17,667 nt of DNA. Origin: Thermoplasmatota archaeon (GTDB taxonomy: Archaea; Thermoplasmatota; Thermoplasmata; UBA10834). Shown here in pieces: positions 8,809 to 17,667 of the stretch; within the stretch, counting starts at the first letter, position 1, and each line of letters opens with the position of its first letter. Made by a program: the position numbers and the translations under genes. The DNA is taken from positions 1 to 17,667 of the forward strand of contig JBFMHR010000008.1 of the NCBI GenBank assembly GCA_040751795.1. The letters run 5' to 3'. The notes under the pieces are model-generated. The model was not told where the DNA came from. It made no database searches and saw nothing but the letters and a program-made list of their open reading frames with translations.

Positions 8809-11003
8809 GGCGTAGACCTCGCGGGTTCGGGAACAGTGGAGGAAGCAGCCGGACTCGCTCGCGCGTCCGCGAGCGTCTTGCGAACGAGCACGAGGCGGGC
8901 GAGCCGAGCGCCGTCACGGCGGCCAACCGGGAACACCAGGGAGGCGGCCAGACGAGCCGGATCGGCGAAGGTCGCACCTTCGGTTCCCGCAAGGGGCACA
9001 AAGCCATGGGCTCGAAGACGGCGCACCGCGAGGTGCAGAGCCTCGGAGAGGCGGCCAGACCTTAGGAGAGCAGGAATCGCGGCCTCGGATCGGATCTTCT
9101 CGGGCTCGGCGCCGTTCAGCCGCAACTCACCCCCGGGAAGGAAGAGCAGCTTGAGAAGAGCGTAGGCCCTCGGGAGGCGCACCACGTCGAAGGCGGCCGG
9201 TGGTATACGGGGAAGAGGATCTGTCGCCCCCTTCAGTGCCAGGAGGGCGTGGGTGAGGCACGCAACGCGCTCCAGATCAACCCGATCCTCCAGGAAGTCC
9301 GCGATCGACACCAACGGACAGGGGAGGCGGGCCGAGAAGAAGACCGGGCCACTCTCCGCATCTTGCAGGAGGCGCTGCAACAGTTTCAGGAGGCGCTCGA
9401 GGGGATCGCCGGCTAGAAGCCCTCCGTCGGAGCAGTCCTTCGCCCAGCGCCAGCGGAAGCGGTCGCGCTCGATCGGCTCCAATTCGCCTCGGAGGCCGCC
9501 CTCGCGAGCCCCTCGCTCGCCGGCAACCTCCACCCAGGTAGCAAGGCCGAGGGCCAGCGAGAGCTCGTGGGACCCGTCGTTGGCTCGCTCGATCCAGGCC
9601 GGCGAAAGTCCGGAGAGCGGCGGGATTCGGCTCTCCTCTCGGAACTGGCGTCCGATGCCGAGGAGGCTCGATGCGCGCCCGATGGCGACGAGCACGTCCT
9701 GCACGCGCGGCGCGCCTCCCTGGGCGCACAACGAGAAGGCCGCCCGGTCGATTCCCCGGAGCGCGCGCACGTACGGTGCAGGGGGCTTATTGTTCTGCCG
9801 AGTAGCCCTGCGCCAGGCCTCGAGCCAGCCGTCGATCTCCCGCAGGAGATCGGCGTCTTGGCCGCCGTCCCGGACGCGGAAGCGCCCCGTAGAGACGGCG
9901 AAGTAGCTCTTCCCATTCCGTTTGGCGATCGAGAAGCGCTGGAAGTCTCGAATGCCGCGATCCACACCTCTCGACACAGCGGCCCGAGCCATCTCGATGT
10001 TGTTGCGAGCGGGACGCTTCCCAACGCGGGTGCGCGCCTCGGCAAACAGTGCGCGAATCTCTGCGAGTCGGGCCGGCCGACCCCATAAGGGGAGCCATAG
10101 CTCACTGCGCACGTCCTCGCTCTCGGTGACCTGGCCCCCGAGTTCCGGAACGGCCGAGACCGAGAAGGGAAAAAGCGCTTCGGAAGCGGAGAGACGATCA
10201 AGCCGGCGCGACGTTCCTCCCCGGAGTAGCAACGTCCCCTCCATGCCGAGGACAAAGTCCCAGGGGTTGACTAGGCCCGCATCCTCCCCGCCGAAGCCCG
10301 TCGTCAGGTTGGGTCCTCCGGCTCCCGCCGGCAGAAACTGTCCGACCTTGGTGCGGGGCCGGAGGCCGCCGGCGCTCACTGCGAGAAGAGCCTCCTCGAG
10401 GTTCTGCGTGGCCCCGGGTGCGGAGGAGGCATCTGCCGGAAGAACGGAAGCCAGGTGCTCGAGGAACTTCGCCGAGTAGTCCAGGCGTCCGTCGTTTCCT
10501 CCCGATCCGAGCAGGGGGAAGGCACGCCAGTTCTCGTCCACGAGAACGAAGCAGGCATCAAGCCACTCCAGCAGGGAGTCTTGGGACTCGGCGCGGAGTC
10601 GCCGCCGAAGCAGGTCCTTCCGTTCTTCCAGTGCCTTCTTGCGGGACTTGGTCTCCGTTTGGGGGATGACTGAGTCGGTGATCTCGCCGATGGCCCTGGC
10701 GGCCTCGCGCAGCCGGACCCAGTTTCTGGAAGAGCTGCCTTCCATCAACAATCTGACCTTCCCGTCCAGGAATCCGCCGTCCTTGTTCCACGGAGAGAGG
10801 ATGGGCGACGCCTCGTAGCGCCCGAAGAAGAAGTCGATCAGGCCCTGGCCGTCGAGCGTGGACTGGAGGCAAAAAGTCGTCTCCCTCCAGCAACCCCGTG
10901 CGTCTGGATCGAGCTGTTCCGCGACGAGGCGCAGGACGCCGAGGGCCTTGAGGTACGACAGCAGGGGCTCGCTGGTACAACCGGGTAGGATCAGCTCAGG
11001 CAT
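8805..11003 (-). CDS. csx17: Type I-G large subunit Csx17 (Cas8g), about 732 aa
   Basis: LPGCTSEPLLSYLKALGVLRLVAEQ, SPWN, PLLGSGGNDGRLDYS, GQFLP, NPWDFVLGMEG, ELWLPLW, RNGKSYFA. Start at ATG 11003 with GGAGG RBS, overlapping the cas3 stop by 8 nt. Confidence 0.92.
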   Translation of the reverse strand: MPELILPGCTSEPLLSYLKALGVLRLVAEQLDPDARGCWRETTFCLQSTLDGQGLIDFFFGRYEASPILSPWNKDGGFLDGKVRLLMEGSSSRNWVRLREAARAIGEITDSVIPQTETKSRKKALEERKDLLRRRLRAESQDSLLEWLDACFVLVDENWRAFPLLGSGGNDGRLDYSAKFLEHLASVLPADASSAPGATQNLEEALLAVSAGGLRPRTKVGQFLPAGAGGPNLTTGFGGEDAGLVNPWDFVLGMEGTLLLRGGTSRRLDRLSASEALFPFSVSAVPELGGQVTESEDVRSELWLPLWGRPARLAEIRALFAEARTRVGKRPARNNIEMARAAVSRGVDRGIRDFQRFSIAKRNGKSYFAVSTGRFRVRDGGQDADLLREIDGWLEAWRRATRQNNKPPAPYVRALRGIDRAAFSLCAQGGAPRVQDVLVAIGRASSLLGIGRQFREESRIPPLSGLSPAWIERANDGSHELSLALGLATWVEVAGERGAREGGLRGELEPIERDRFRWRWAKDCSDGGLLAGDPLERLLKLLQRLLQDAESGPVFFSARLPCPLVSIADFLEDRVDLERVACLTHALLALKGATDPLPRIPPAAFDVVRLPRAYALLKLLFLPGGELRLNGAEPEKIRSEAAIPALLRSGRLSEALHLAVRRLRAHGFVPLAGTEGATFADPARLAASLVFPVGRRDGARLARLVLVRKTLADARASPAASSTVPEPARSTP

Positions 11004-13440
11004 GGGTCGCCTCCAGAGCTGCGGATGCGACAACGGCGCTGCCGCGGGCGTCAGCCACACGCACCAGAGCTTCGAGGAAGGCGAGGCGGAAGGGACCCAG
11101 TTCCTCGAGGAGCCGCAGAGCCCGGTCCTGCCAGGACGGTCGTCCCTGTTCGTCCAGACCCATGTCCATGGGGGACAGGTCCAAGCGGGCGCGCGGGAGG
11201 GTCACGCCACCCCCCAGATCCGCCAGCGGGAGCTCATCGTGCTCGTGGATCCCTCGGGCGATGCGGGCTTCGGCGGCACACTCCGGGCACGGCCGCTCGC
11301 CCGGGAGAGAGCGGATGGCCATGCGGATCTTCCCGTGGTGAGCCGCAGCGAGGTAGGCGGCCAAGTCGGCCACGCCGGACTGCAGCGCGGCGATTCCGGA
11401 GGCGAGCTCGTGGCGGAAGCCGGGGCGCTTCCGGTGACGACCGGCACGGGAACTGGACTTGGCCCAAAGCACGCTCGATCTGCGGGCGAACTCCTCCCCG
11501 TCCAGGCCCGCGAGCAGGAACTCCTGGAACAGCACATGCGCCTTGCCGGCGTCGTGCCACCGGCACGCCTCGATCACGTCCTTCTGCACCCGGGAGTCAA
11601 CACCGAGTTCGGCAAGGCCCGCCAGGAGAGCTCTTCCCTCGCGCACCACGGCATCGACGTGGTCCGTGAGAGAAACGAAGCCGCCGGCGAAGCTGCGTGG
11701 ATCGTCGCCGGACGACCATTCTTCCCCATCGGCCGGAGTTCCCTCTATCTCCGGAACTGCGTGGCGACCATCCTTGCCGATCCACCCGCGCCCCGGGTCG
11801 TAGCCTCCGGCACGACTATCCAACAGAATGATGCGGCCAGGAACGAGACCTCGGAGGCCCTCTCTCCGCCGCAGGGGACGCCAGGTCTCGTCGAGCACGT
11901 CGAAGACGAAGCTCTCCTCGGCGTGCGCTTCCAGGAAGTTGCGCGCTTCCTGGATGGGGACAGAGCACAGCTCGTCCGGCCGCGGGCGGATATCGTCGGA
12001 TGGACGCCCGTCCACCATCCGGCGCCAGAAGATGAGCACATCGAGCTCGTCGCCGTCGCGGATGAAGGTGGAAACGTCGAGATCGGCCCCACAGAGGTCG
12101 GGGTCGGTGTCAAACAGCTCCAGGAGCTCGTGCCGGCGCAGGACGGCGGAGGGCTCGAAGGCGTCGGTTACCCCGGGGAGATTGCGCGGAGAAGCGTTGC
12201 CATCGGGTACGCTCCCGAGGCGATTCCGGGCCGCGGTGAGCGAGTCCGCCTCGTAGGGGGCTGCGACGGACTCGGGAACATCAACCCAGAGGATGCGGGC
12301 GGCCTCGTCGGTCCCCGCTCGATTGCATCGGCCGAAGCGCTGGACGAGGCTCGGCCAGGGAGCGAGTTCCGTCACGAGTAGCGAGCTTGAGAGATCGATG
12401 CCGGCCTCGACGACCTGTGTGCAGACGGCGATTCTTCCCGCGCCCCTCGAGGGTTCCATCAGGTGCCCCATCGCGGCCGCCCTGTCGGGCCCCCGGAAGC
12501 GGGAGTGCAGCAGCAGGGTCTCCGCCACAGGTCGCATTGCGATGAGCGCCGCGTAAACCGCCTGCGCCCGCCCCACGGTGTTGTGGATCGAGAGCGTGAG
12601 CGTACCGTCGCGATGCTCGGCGACGATCCACGCCGCGAGGCCCTTTGCCCAACCTCTCAGGTCAGACTTCTTGACGGGCACTGCGAGATCGAGACGATCC
12701 AGGGCCTTGGAGGCTTCGATTCGCTGTCGTACGGCCGGATGGCATTGGTCCTCCTCGCCAAGCCCGAGCACGGAGAGACCGGCAAGGCTGGATCTCATGT
12801 CTACGGTGCCGAGCCATTCGCGCTGCACCGTAGCCGACATCCAGAGAGAGCGCGTCGATCCGTACGAACCCAGGCAGCGCCGAAAGGCCTCGAGCTGGGT
12901 GGACGTGGCGAGCCCGACACCCATGAGCTGGATCTCGTCGAAGACCCACAAGGCGTCCGAATGGAGCAGGCCGAACTCCCGAGGCCAGCGGTAGCGCGAC
13001 GCTCCGTACCCTCGATTCAGAGCTCGGGAGAGGAGCATGTCCTGGGTCCCGATCAGGATTGCGTCCTGTTCCGGATGGTCTGCCCAGTCCGTTGGGGACT
13101 CCCCGCCCATTAGCAGGTACACGGCAGGCGAGGGTTCAACGACCCCGTCGTTCCGGAGTCGAAGGAAGGCAGCCTCCAGCCTCTCCTTCGTCTGTTCAAC
13201 GAGGGATCGCATCGGAAGGCACCAAACGAGCCGTCGGGCAGTCCGCTTACGGACCGTCTCGCTCGGATGGAGCCGGCGCCTCCAGAGCCAAGCGAGCGCG
13301 ATGGCCTCAGTCTTGCCGAGCCCGGTGGGAATCTCGATGAGGTCGGGGAACTCGGAGGCCTCGGCGATCCGACGCTGGTAGGGGTAGGGCGCGTGTCCCG
13401 TCGTGCATTCGAATAGCGAGCTGTAGTCAACGCGATGCAT
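10996..13440 (-). CDS. cas3: Type I-G Cas3, N-terminal SF2 helicase plus C-terminal HD nuclease, 814 aa
   Basis: PYPYQ, IPTGLGKT (Walker A), VFDEIQ, MSAT, LLHSRF, TQVVEAGIDL, QRFGRCNR. C-terminal HD motifs: LTDH, WHDAGKAH, RHELAS, HHGK, VAD. Confidence 0.96.
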   Translation of the reverse strand: MHRVDYSSLFECTTGHAPYPYQRRIAEASEFPDLIEIPTGLGKTEAIALAWLWRRRLHPSETVRKRTARRLVWCLPMRSLVEQTKERLEAAFLRLRNDGVVEPSPAVYLLMGGESPTDWADHPEQDAILIGTQDMLLSRALNRGYGASRYRWPREFGLLHSDALWVFDEIQLMGVGLATSTQLEAFRRCLGSYGSTRSLWMSATVQREWLGTVDMRSSLAGLSVLGLGEEDQCHPAVRQRIEASKALDRLDLAVPVKKSDLRGWAKGLAAWIVAEHRDGTLTLSIHNTVGRAQAVYAALIAMRPVAETLLLHSRFRGPDRAAAMGHLMEPSRGAGRIAVCTQVVEAGIDLSSSLLVTELAPWPSLVQRFGRCNRAGTDEAARILWVDVPESVAAPYEADSLTAARNRLGSVPDGNASPRNLPGVTDAFEPSAVLRRHELLELFDTDPDLCGADLDVSTFIRDGDELDVLIFWRRMVDGRPSDDIRPRPDELCSVPIQEARNFLEAHAEESFVFDVLDETWRPLRRREGLRGLVPGRIILLDSRAGGYDPGRGWIGKDGRHAVPEIEGTPADGEEWSSGDDPRSFAGGFVSLTDHVDAVVREGRALLAGLAELGVDSRVQKDVIEACRWHDAGKAHVLFQEFLLAGLDGEEFARRSSVLWAKSSSRAGRHRKRPGFRHELASGIAALQSGVADLAAYLAAAHHGKIRMAIRSLPGERPCPECAAEARIARGIHEHDELPLADLGGGVTLPRARLDLSPMDMGLDEQGRPSWQDRALRLLEELGPFRLAFLEALVRVADARGSAVVASAALEATHA

Positions 13441-13506
13441 CGGGCACCCTGCAGTCTCCGGCGGGTGCGGGCGATCGTTGCAGCCCTTGCGAGACCCCTC
13501 GCACCC

Positions 13507-13534
13507 CGCGGGTTCAGGGAAGGAGGAACCCGCG
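13507..13534. repeat. Perfect 9-bp inverted repeat CGCGGGTTC-N10-GAACCCGCG upstream of cas3
   Basis: Arms read directly at 13507-13515 and 13526-13534. Function unknown. Confidence 0.6.
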
Positions 13535-13670
13535 CAATCCTACCGAGGTCAGACCCCGGCCGCACGACGTGCCTCAGGCCCTGCGCCGGCTCGCCGCCGT
13601 GCCAAGGACCGATCCCCGGCGGCGGGATTCCGCGGGAAGGCGGCTCGGGAATAACGATGACTAGAGTGCC

Positions 13671-13698
13671 ACTTTACGCCGGCCGTACTAAGCCGCAA
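13671..13698 (-). promoter_or_regulatory. Candidate sigma70-type promoter for the cas operon (TTGCGG-N16-TAAAGT)
   Basis: Partial consensus match in a locally AT-richer stretch. An alternative, GTGCGG-N17-TAGGAT, lies at 13565-13537. Confidence 0.3.
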
Positions 13699-13740
13699 TC
13701 ACCCCCAGCGCCATAACTCTCGCACGAATCGCCACTTACG

Positions 13741-13795
13741 TGGAGCGGGCGACGGGACTCGAACCCGCGACATTCAGCTTGGGAAGCTGACACTC
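13741..13795 (-). mobile_element. 3' fragment of tRNA-Gly(CCC), probable attachment site of an integrative element
   Basis: Minus strand reads GAGTG TCAGC TTCCCAA GCTGA ATGTC GCGGG TTCGAGT CCCGT CGCCCGC TCCA, i.e. anticodon arm, T arm, 3' acceptor strand and CCA. The 5' acceptor strand (GCGGGCG) and the rest of the D arm are absent beyond 13795. Confidence 0.88.
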
Positions 13796-15207
13796 GCGGA
13801 GCGGCACGGCGCCATCGGACGCCCTTTCATGGGATTCTACGTCCTTTCACGACGGGTGCCCGACGGACAATACGGTACAGCGCAGCCTTTCACGCCACGG
13901 AATACCTGGCGCCATCTTGCCACTGCCCCTCCAGGAGGCCGGACCGCCGCTTCCGGGCCGGCACTGTTGTTGCCCCCCCCGGCGAGCACGATGACGGCGA
14001 GGTCGAGGGCGTCGAGCTGGTCCCCGTCATCTCCGCCGGCGGGGGTGCCGGCAGGGGCCAGGCAGGAGACCGCCCCCGGTGGCCGGTCCGGCGGGCACGG
14101 CGGCGGGCACCGGACCCATCGGGGCCAGGGGCCGAGGGCCGGGCGCTGCCGACACGCCGCGGCACGGGCCTGCGACCCCGAGGCCACCCCCCGCCTCGCC
14201 CGCTGGCCCTCCGCCTACGACCGCCAGCGGCCGTCGGCACTCCGCAGCAGCACGATCTCCTCGGGCCAACCGGCAAGCCGCGGGTCCTCGCCACCGCTCC
14301 TGGCCAGCAGCGCCGCCCGCTCCTGAATCGCTGGCAAGTGACGGGGTGGCCCTCCAGAGCGCCGTCTCGCTGGTGTTGACTCCGTCACCGGTCCGCCCCG
14401 TCTGGGCCGCAGGGGGCGGCGTGGGGGCAACGGCGTGTAGGCTGCCGGGGAGGGAGGATACCAGACTCTTCCGTGCACGGTAGAGATAGGTCCTGGACCC
14501 CCGGCGCCCAGTCCCAGGGGAGAGACGGCCTACCGGTTTTACACAGATTCCTTGTACGTTAGGACCCCGCGGGGTGCTAATAGGGGGAGCCGCGCGGGCC
14601 ACGTCCGATGGTGGAACGGTCCGAGCGCGCGGCGAACCCAGCATGGAAGAGCGCGCCGGAACGGGAGATACGACGGGGCTGGCCCCGGGAGGGGACCAGC
14701 GGCAGGTGGGTGGCTCGATGCCGCCCGGCCACCCCTCCGAGTGCCTAGCGGGCCTGTCGGCTGGGGCAGACCAGCGGCGTTGCCCCGTCGGGGCGCCCGT
14801 CGCCGGCGCGGGGTGGGATCCAGAACGCGCACCCCTCGGCCTGGATGAGCAGGCCGGCATGGGCGGCCCAGAGCCCATCAGGCAGCACCTCCGCTTGCCG
14901 GAGGAAGGTATCCAGCAGGCTCGGGAGCCGGCCCGGCCGACGCGGTGGGGAATCCCCCGAGATCCCCAGATACGCGGACACCGGCGAACAGAGCGGTCGG
15001 CGATGGGCGATACCCGAGAACTTCTCAGGCGGATCCGACGATCGCGAGGCCATGCTCACAGCCCCCTCGCCAGGCCGGACACGTCCTCGTGGGCACTACA
15101 TCTGCTGCGGCCGCATCACCCTCCCACCCCCCCTTCCCTGGACCCAGCTCAACGCTGAAGAGACGCAGTAATCACAACACGCGGCATACTGCCCAAGGAA
15201 ACGCGCC

Positions 15208-16134
15208 ATGATCAAGGCAATCCTCCGCCTGATGACGGTAATCGCGGTCCTCGCGCCTTTGACCCCGTCCTCCCCTCAAGAAGGGGACGTCGGCGGCGTG
15301 GTCCGCCTACCAGACGGGCGGATTCAATTCTCTCTTCGCGGTCTGTGCATTAGCGAGGTGGCTGCTGGACCGTTCCAGAGCTACATCGAGCTGTACAACA
15401 ACACGAATAGCCAGGTCTCCCTCGACGGCTATAGTATCGAGACGGCGACCGGACAATACTCCCTATCCGGCCTGGGTGCTCCCCTTGCGCCACAGAACTA
15501 CTTCCTCCTCCTTCAGGGGCATCCCAGTGAAGTCGGCGTTTCCACAGACCCTGAAGTTCCCTGCATCATCATCGATGAACCGACTTGTGGCCATGTGACG
15601 GATACAGTGTTGCTCCGAAACCCGTCTGGGGTGGTCACAGATGCAATGAGCTACGGTGTCACCCAGGATACCTCCTCCCGGTATCTTGACGCGGTTGCTG
15701 CAGGACAGTTCGCGTCCGGTGACTTCCTGTACGTGGGGACCGAATTCGCTGAATTGGTCATAGGTCGCGACCGCACAAACACCGACACCAACAGCATTGC
15801 CAATTGGGGCACGAGCGGGGGACCTGATGCCCTTGTTGGGAGTCCATTCTCTGCGAACACTGAGTTCCCATCCAGCGAGGAGATGTGGGGGACCTTCTTC
15901 CAAGCCTTCCTTGCGGGCGTAGTATCGCCGCCCTACTTCGACATCACCATGTGCGACGCATCCTATGCTGGATACTCGGGAACTGGCCCAGACTCGTCGG
16001 CGACACACACAATCGTTTTCGAGGGAAGCATCCTGGGGCCAGGTCAATGGAGTCTGATTGGGGAGGTAAGCAATCACTTGGAGCTGCTGCTAGATGGGAG
16101 GATACGCTGCCGAGAGCAGCGGAATCCTCTCTGA
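15208..16134 (+). CDS. Secreted lamin-tail-domain (LTD) protein, N-terminal part of a probably frameshifted gene
   Basis: Signal-peptide-like MIKAILRLMTVIAVLAPL. LTD-like motifs ISEV..YIELYN..VSLDGYSI..LAPQNYFLL..DTVLLRNPSGVVTDAMSYG..DTN..NW..SP..N. AAGGA lies upstream of the ATG. Confidence 0.75.
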   Translation: MIKAILRLMTVIAVLAPLTPSSPQEGDVGGVVRLPDGRIQFSLRGLCISEVAAGPFQSYIELYNNTNSQVSLDGYSIETATGQYSLSGLGAPLAPQNYFLLLQGHPSEVGVSTDPEVPCIIIDEPTCGHVTDTVLLRNPSGVVTDAMSYGVTQDTSSRYLDAVAAGQFASGDFLYVGTEFAELVIGRDRTNTDTNSIANWGTSGGPDALVGSPFSANTEFPSSEEMWGTFFQAFLAGVVSPPYFDITMCDASYAGYSGTGPDSSATHTIVFEGSILGPGQWSLIGEVSNHLELLLDGRIRCREQRNPL

Positions 16135-17083
16135 ATCTGGCGGGAGGATCCTCGACTTCAGCTTGAGACGGGAGCTGGGCAGTGCCTACGATCGACTCGC
16201 GCTGAGTGCGGTCTTCACGGTGGGCGGTCAGGAATACCCCTATCAGTTGGAGAGCGAGCGACTGTACTCAGGTGTTCGCGGGGACTTTGCCCAAACGGTC
16301 ACGCGGAATCTGACCGGTTGGTCAGGAATCACCAAAACGTCGAATGGGAGCCAATCCGTGCATTGGACGCTGGGAGGGGAGGCAACGGTCGCCTCGACCT
16401 CTTCGTCCGCGAGCATCGTTAGGCCGTACCCGCTGTCTGACGGGTACGTAGGCAACATTGGGGGAACTCCCAATCCTGTTGTGGCAACTGAGACGGTCTT
16501 CCTGGACATGTTGTCCAATGCCACTTCGTCGGGCGTGCAGAGCAACTTGACAAGACTGGATTTTCAATACGACAACGGTATTCCACCGATTGTTGGGAGC
16601 GACTTCGTTCTCGTCGTTGAGTGCGGTGCGGGCGAGGATGGGTTTGTCGATAGCACAATGGCGGGTAACTTCCTGGCAGCAGGACAGAGCTTTCCGGCCG
16701 TGTTTCATAGTCGTGCCGAAGCGGTCCCTGGGACGAAGCTGGTGCAGTGGTTCGGATCGGACTTGGTCGAAGGCATGGACGTGGGTAGTTGGAATTCCGT
16801 CTTTGATCCTCCGACCATGTGTGTCGATGGCTTTTGGGAGAAGATGAAGAAGGGCGTGAAGGTTACAGCACAGTGCATGGGGACAGTGTCGATGTGGGCG
16901 ATTGGTGGGCTTGGATGCTTGGGAACCACCGTGGGAGGCGCCGCTCTTGGTGGCGTGACCTCGGTTGCCAGCCTAGGCACTGCGACGCCCGCGGGCCTTG
17001 CGGCTGCGGGTGGGGGCGTAGTCGCATGCTCGGGGCTGGTTGCGGGTGCAGACTACGTCGTCGGCAAGATCTGGGAGCATTGA
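16094..17083 (+). CDS. C-terminal part of the same gene: beta-rich region plus Gly/Ala/Cys-rich hydrophobic bacteriocin-like tail
   Basis: 329-codon ORF overlapping the previous one in the +1 frame, with similar composition and no clear RBS of its own. It ends GTTVGGAALGGVTSVASLGTATPAGLAAAGGGVVACSGLVAGADYVVGKIWEH. Confidence 0.7.
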   Translation: MGGYAAESSGILSESGGRILDFSLRRELGSAYDRLALSAVFTVGGQEYPYQLESERLYSGVRGDFAQTVTRNLTGWSGITKTSNGSQSVHWTLGGEATVASTSSSASIVRPYPLSDGYVGNIGGTPNPVVATETVFLDMLSNATSSGVQSNLTRLDFQYDNGIPPIVGSDFVLVVECGAGEDGFVDSTMAGNFLAAGQSFPAVFHSRAEAVPGTKLVQWFGSDLVEGMDVGSWNSVFDPPTMCVDGFWEKMKKGVKVTAQCMGTVSMWAIGGLGCLGTTVGGAALGGVTSVASLGTATPAGLAAAGGGVVACSGLVAGADYVVGKIWEH

Positions 17084-17088
17084 CAGCA

Positions 17089-17122
17089 TGGGGGTGATGG
17101 AAGGCATGTTTCGTCACCCCCA
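17089..17122 (+). terminator. Intergenic stem-loop (14 bp including 2 G-U pairs, 6-nt loop) with no U-tract
   Basis: TGGGGGTGATGGAA-ggcatg-TTTCGTCACCCCCA, starting 6 nt after the stop at 17083. Confidence 0.5.
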
Positions 17123-17149
17123 CACTACTCACTGCGGAGGGTGCCGGCT

Positions 17150-17392
17150 ATGAATCCCTTTCGACGCTTCCTGAAGCGAGTTCGGTGGCAGCGATTCATC
17201 GTGTTCGCCGTTTTTCTGGGTGCTTACAGCAGGGGAATCACGTTGATCCAGGAGAGTGATGCCCGCTGGGCAGAGTGGATAATGAGATCATTGGCGGTAA
17301 TTCCGGGGATCCTTGTGGGACTGCTTGTCTTCCGGGTAATTGGCCCGCCGCAGTCGTTAGACAATCCCGACGAAAGCGGGAGCAGGTTCTAG
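17150..17392 (+). CDS. Small membrane protein (80 aa, two hydrophobic segments), candidate immunity protein
   Basis: GGAGG at 17136-17140, 9 nt before ATG 17150. Basic N-terminus, then FIVFAVFLGAY and SLAVIPGILVGLLVFRVI. Confidence 0.6.
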   Translation: MNPFRRFLKRVRWQRFIVFAVFLGAYSRGITLIQESDARWAEWIMRSLAVIPGILVGLLVFRVIGPPQSLDNPDESGSRF

Positions 17393-17667
17393 CCCTTAGT
17401 CCAGCGTCTCCGGCACGGTGCGGTCGGTACGGGGTAAGCGTCACGGCAACCTTTCGATTACCCACAGCTCCCGCCCACGAGTTCGTAGCCGAGTACGATA
17501 TCCGTGAGTCGCGCCATGCCGCGCCACATCAGTGTATTGCCGTAAGCGTCCGGGCGCCGGCGTAGAGCTGCCCTTGAGCGTGGAGAGAGGGGTAGTGCAG
17601 GCGATCGCGTAGCCTGCAGGCGGCGCCGGACGGGGTGGGCGGTCAGCGGACCGCGGCGGCGCCGAAG

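Noticed and set aside
10996-13440. C-terminal HD domain in Cas3, and the Cas4-Cas1 and Cas5-Cas6 fusions, as novelties
   Set aside because: All are standard features of subtype I-G.
4632-13716. Long plus-strand ORFs (e.g. 7966-9165, 10858-12381)
   Set aside because: Antisense shadows of GC-rich cas genes with no recognisable motifs.
13741-13815. Intact tRNA-Gly gene
   Set aside because: The 5' acceptor strand and most of the D arm are missing, so it cannot form a cloverleaf.
17643-17667. Possible 3' end of a minus-strand gene (FGAAAVR-stop)
   Set aside because: Too short to support a call.

Overview
The window holds a complete minus-strand type I-G (formerly I-U) CRISPR-Cas locus: cas3, csx17 (cas8g), csb1 (cas7), csb2 (cas5/6), a cas4-cas1 fusion and cas2, then a leader and an array of 55 repeats and 54 spacers (123-4084). 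The degenerate trailer repeat lies about 15 bp upstream of a gene, cut by the window edge, whose N-terminus resembles transposon-associated ExeA-like AAA ATPases. Upstream of cas3 is the 3' portion only of a tRNA-Gly(CCC) gene (13741-13795), the signature of an integration site. To its right lie a very GC-rich, apparently decayed stretch and a lower-GC cassette. The cassette encodes a secreted lamin-tail-domain protein, split by a +1 frameshift, with a Gly/Ala-rich hydrophobic bacteriocin-like C-terminus, followed by a small two-TM protein; this is a candidate toxin-immunity pair. All family calls come from motif recognition by eye; no searches were run.
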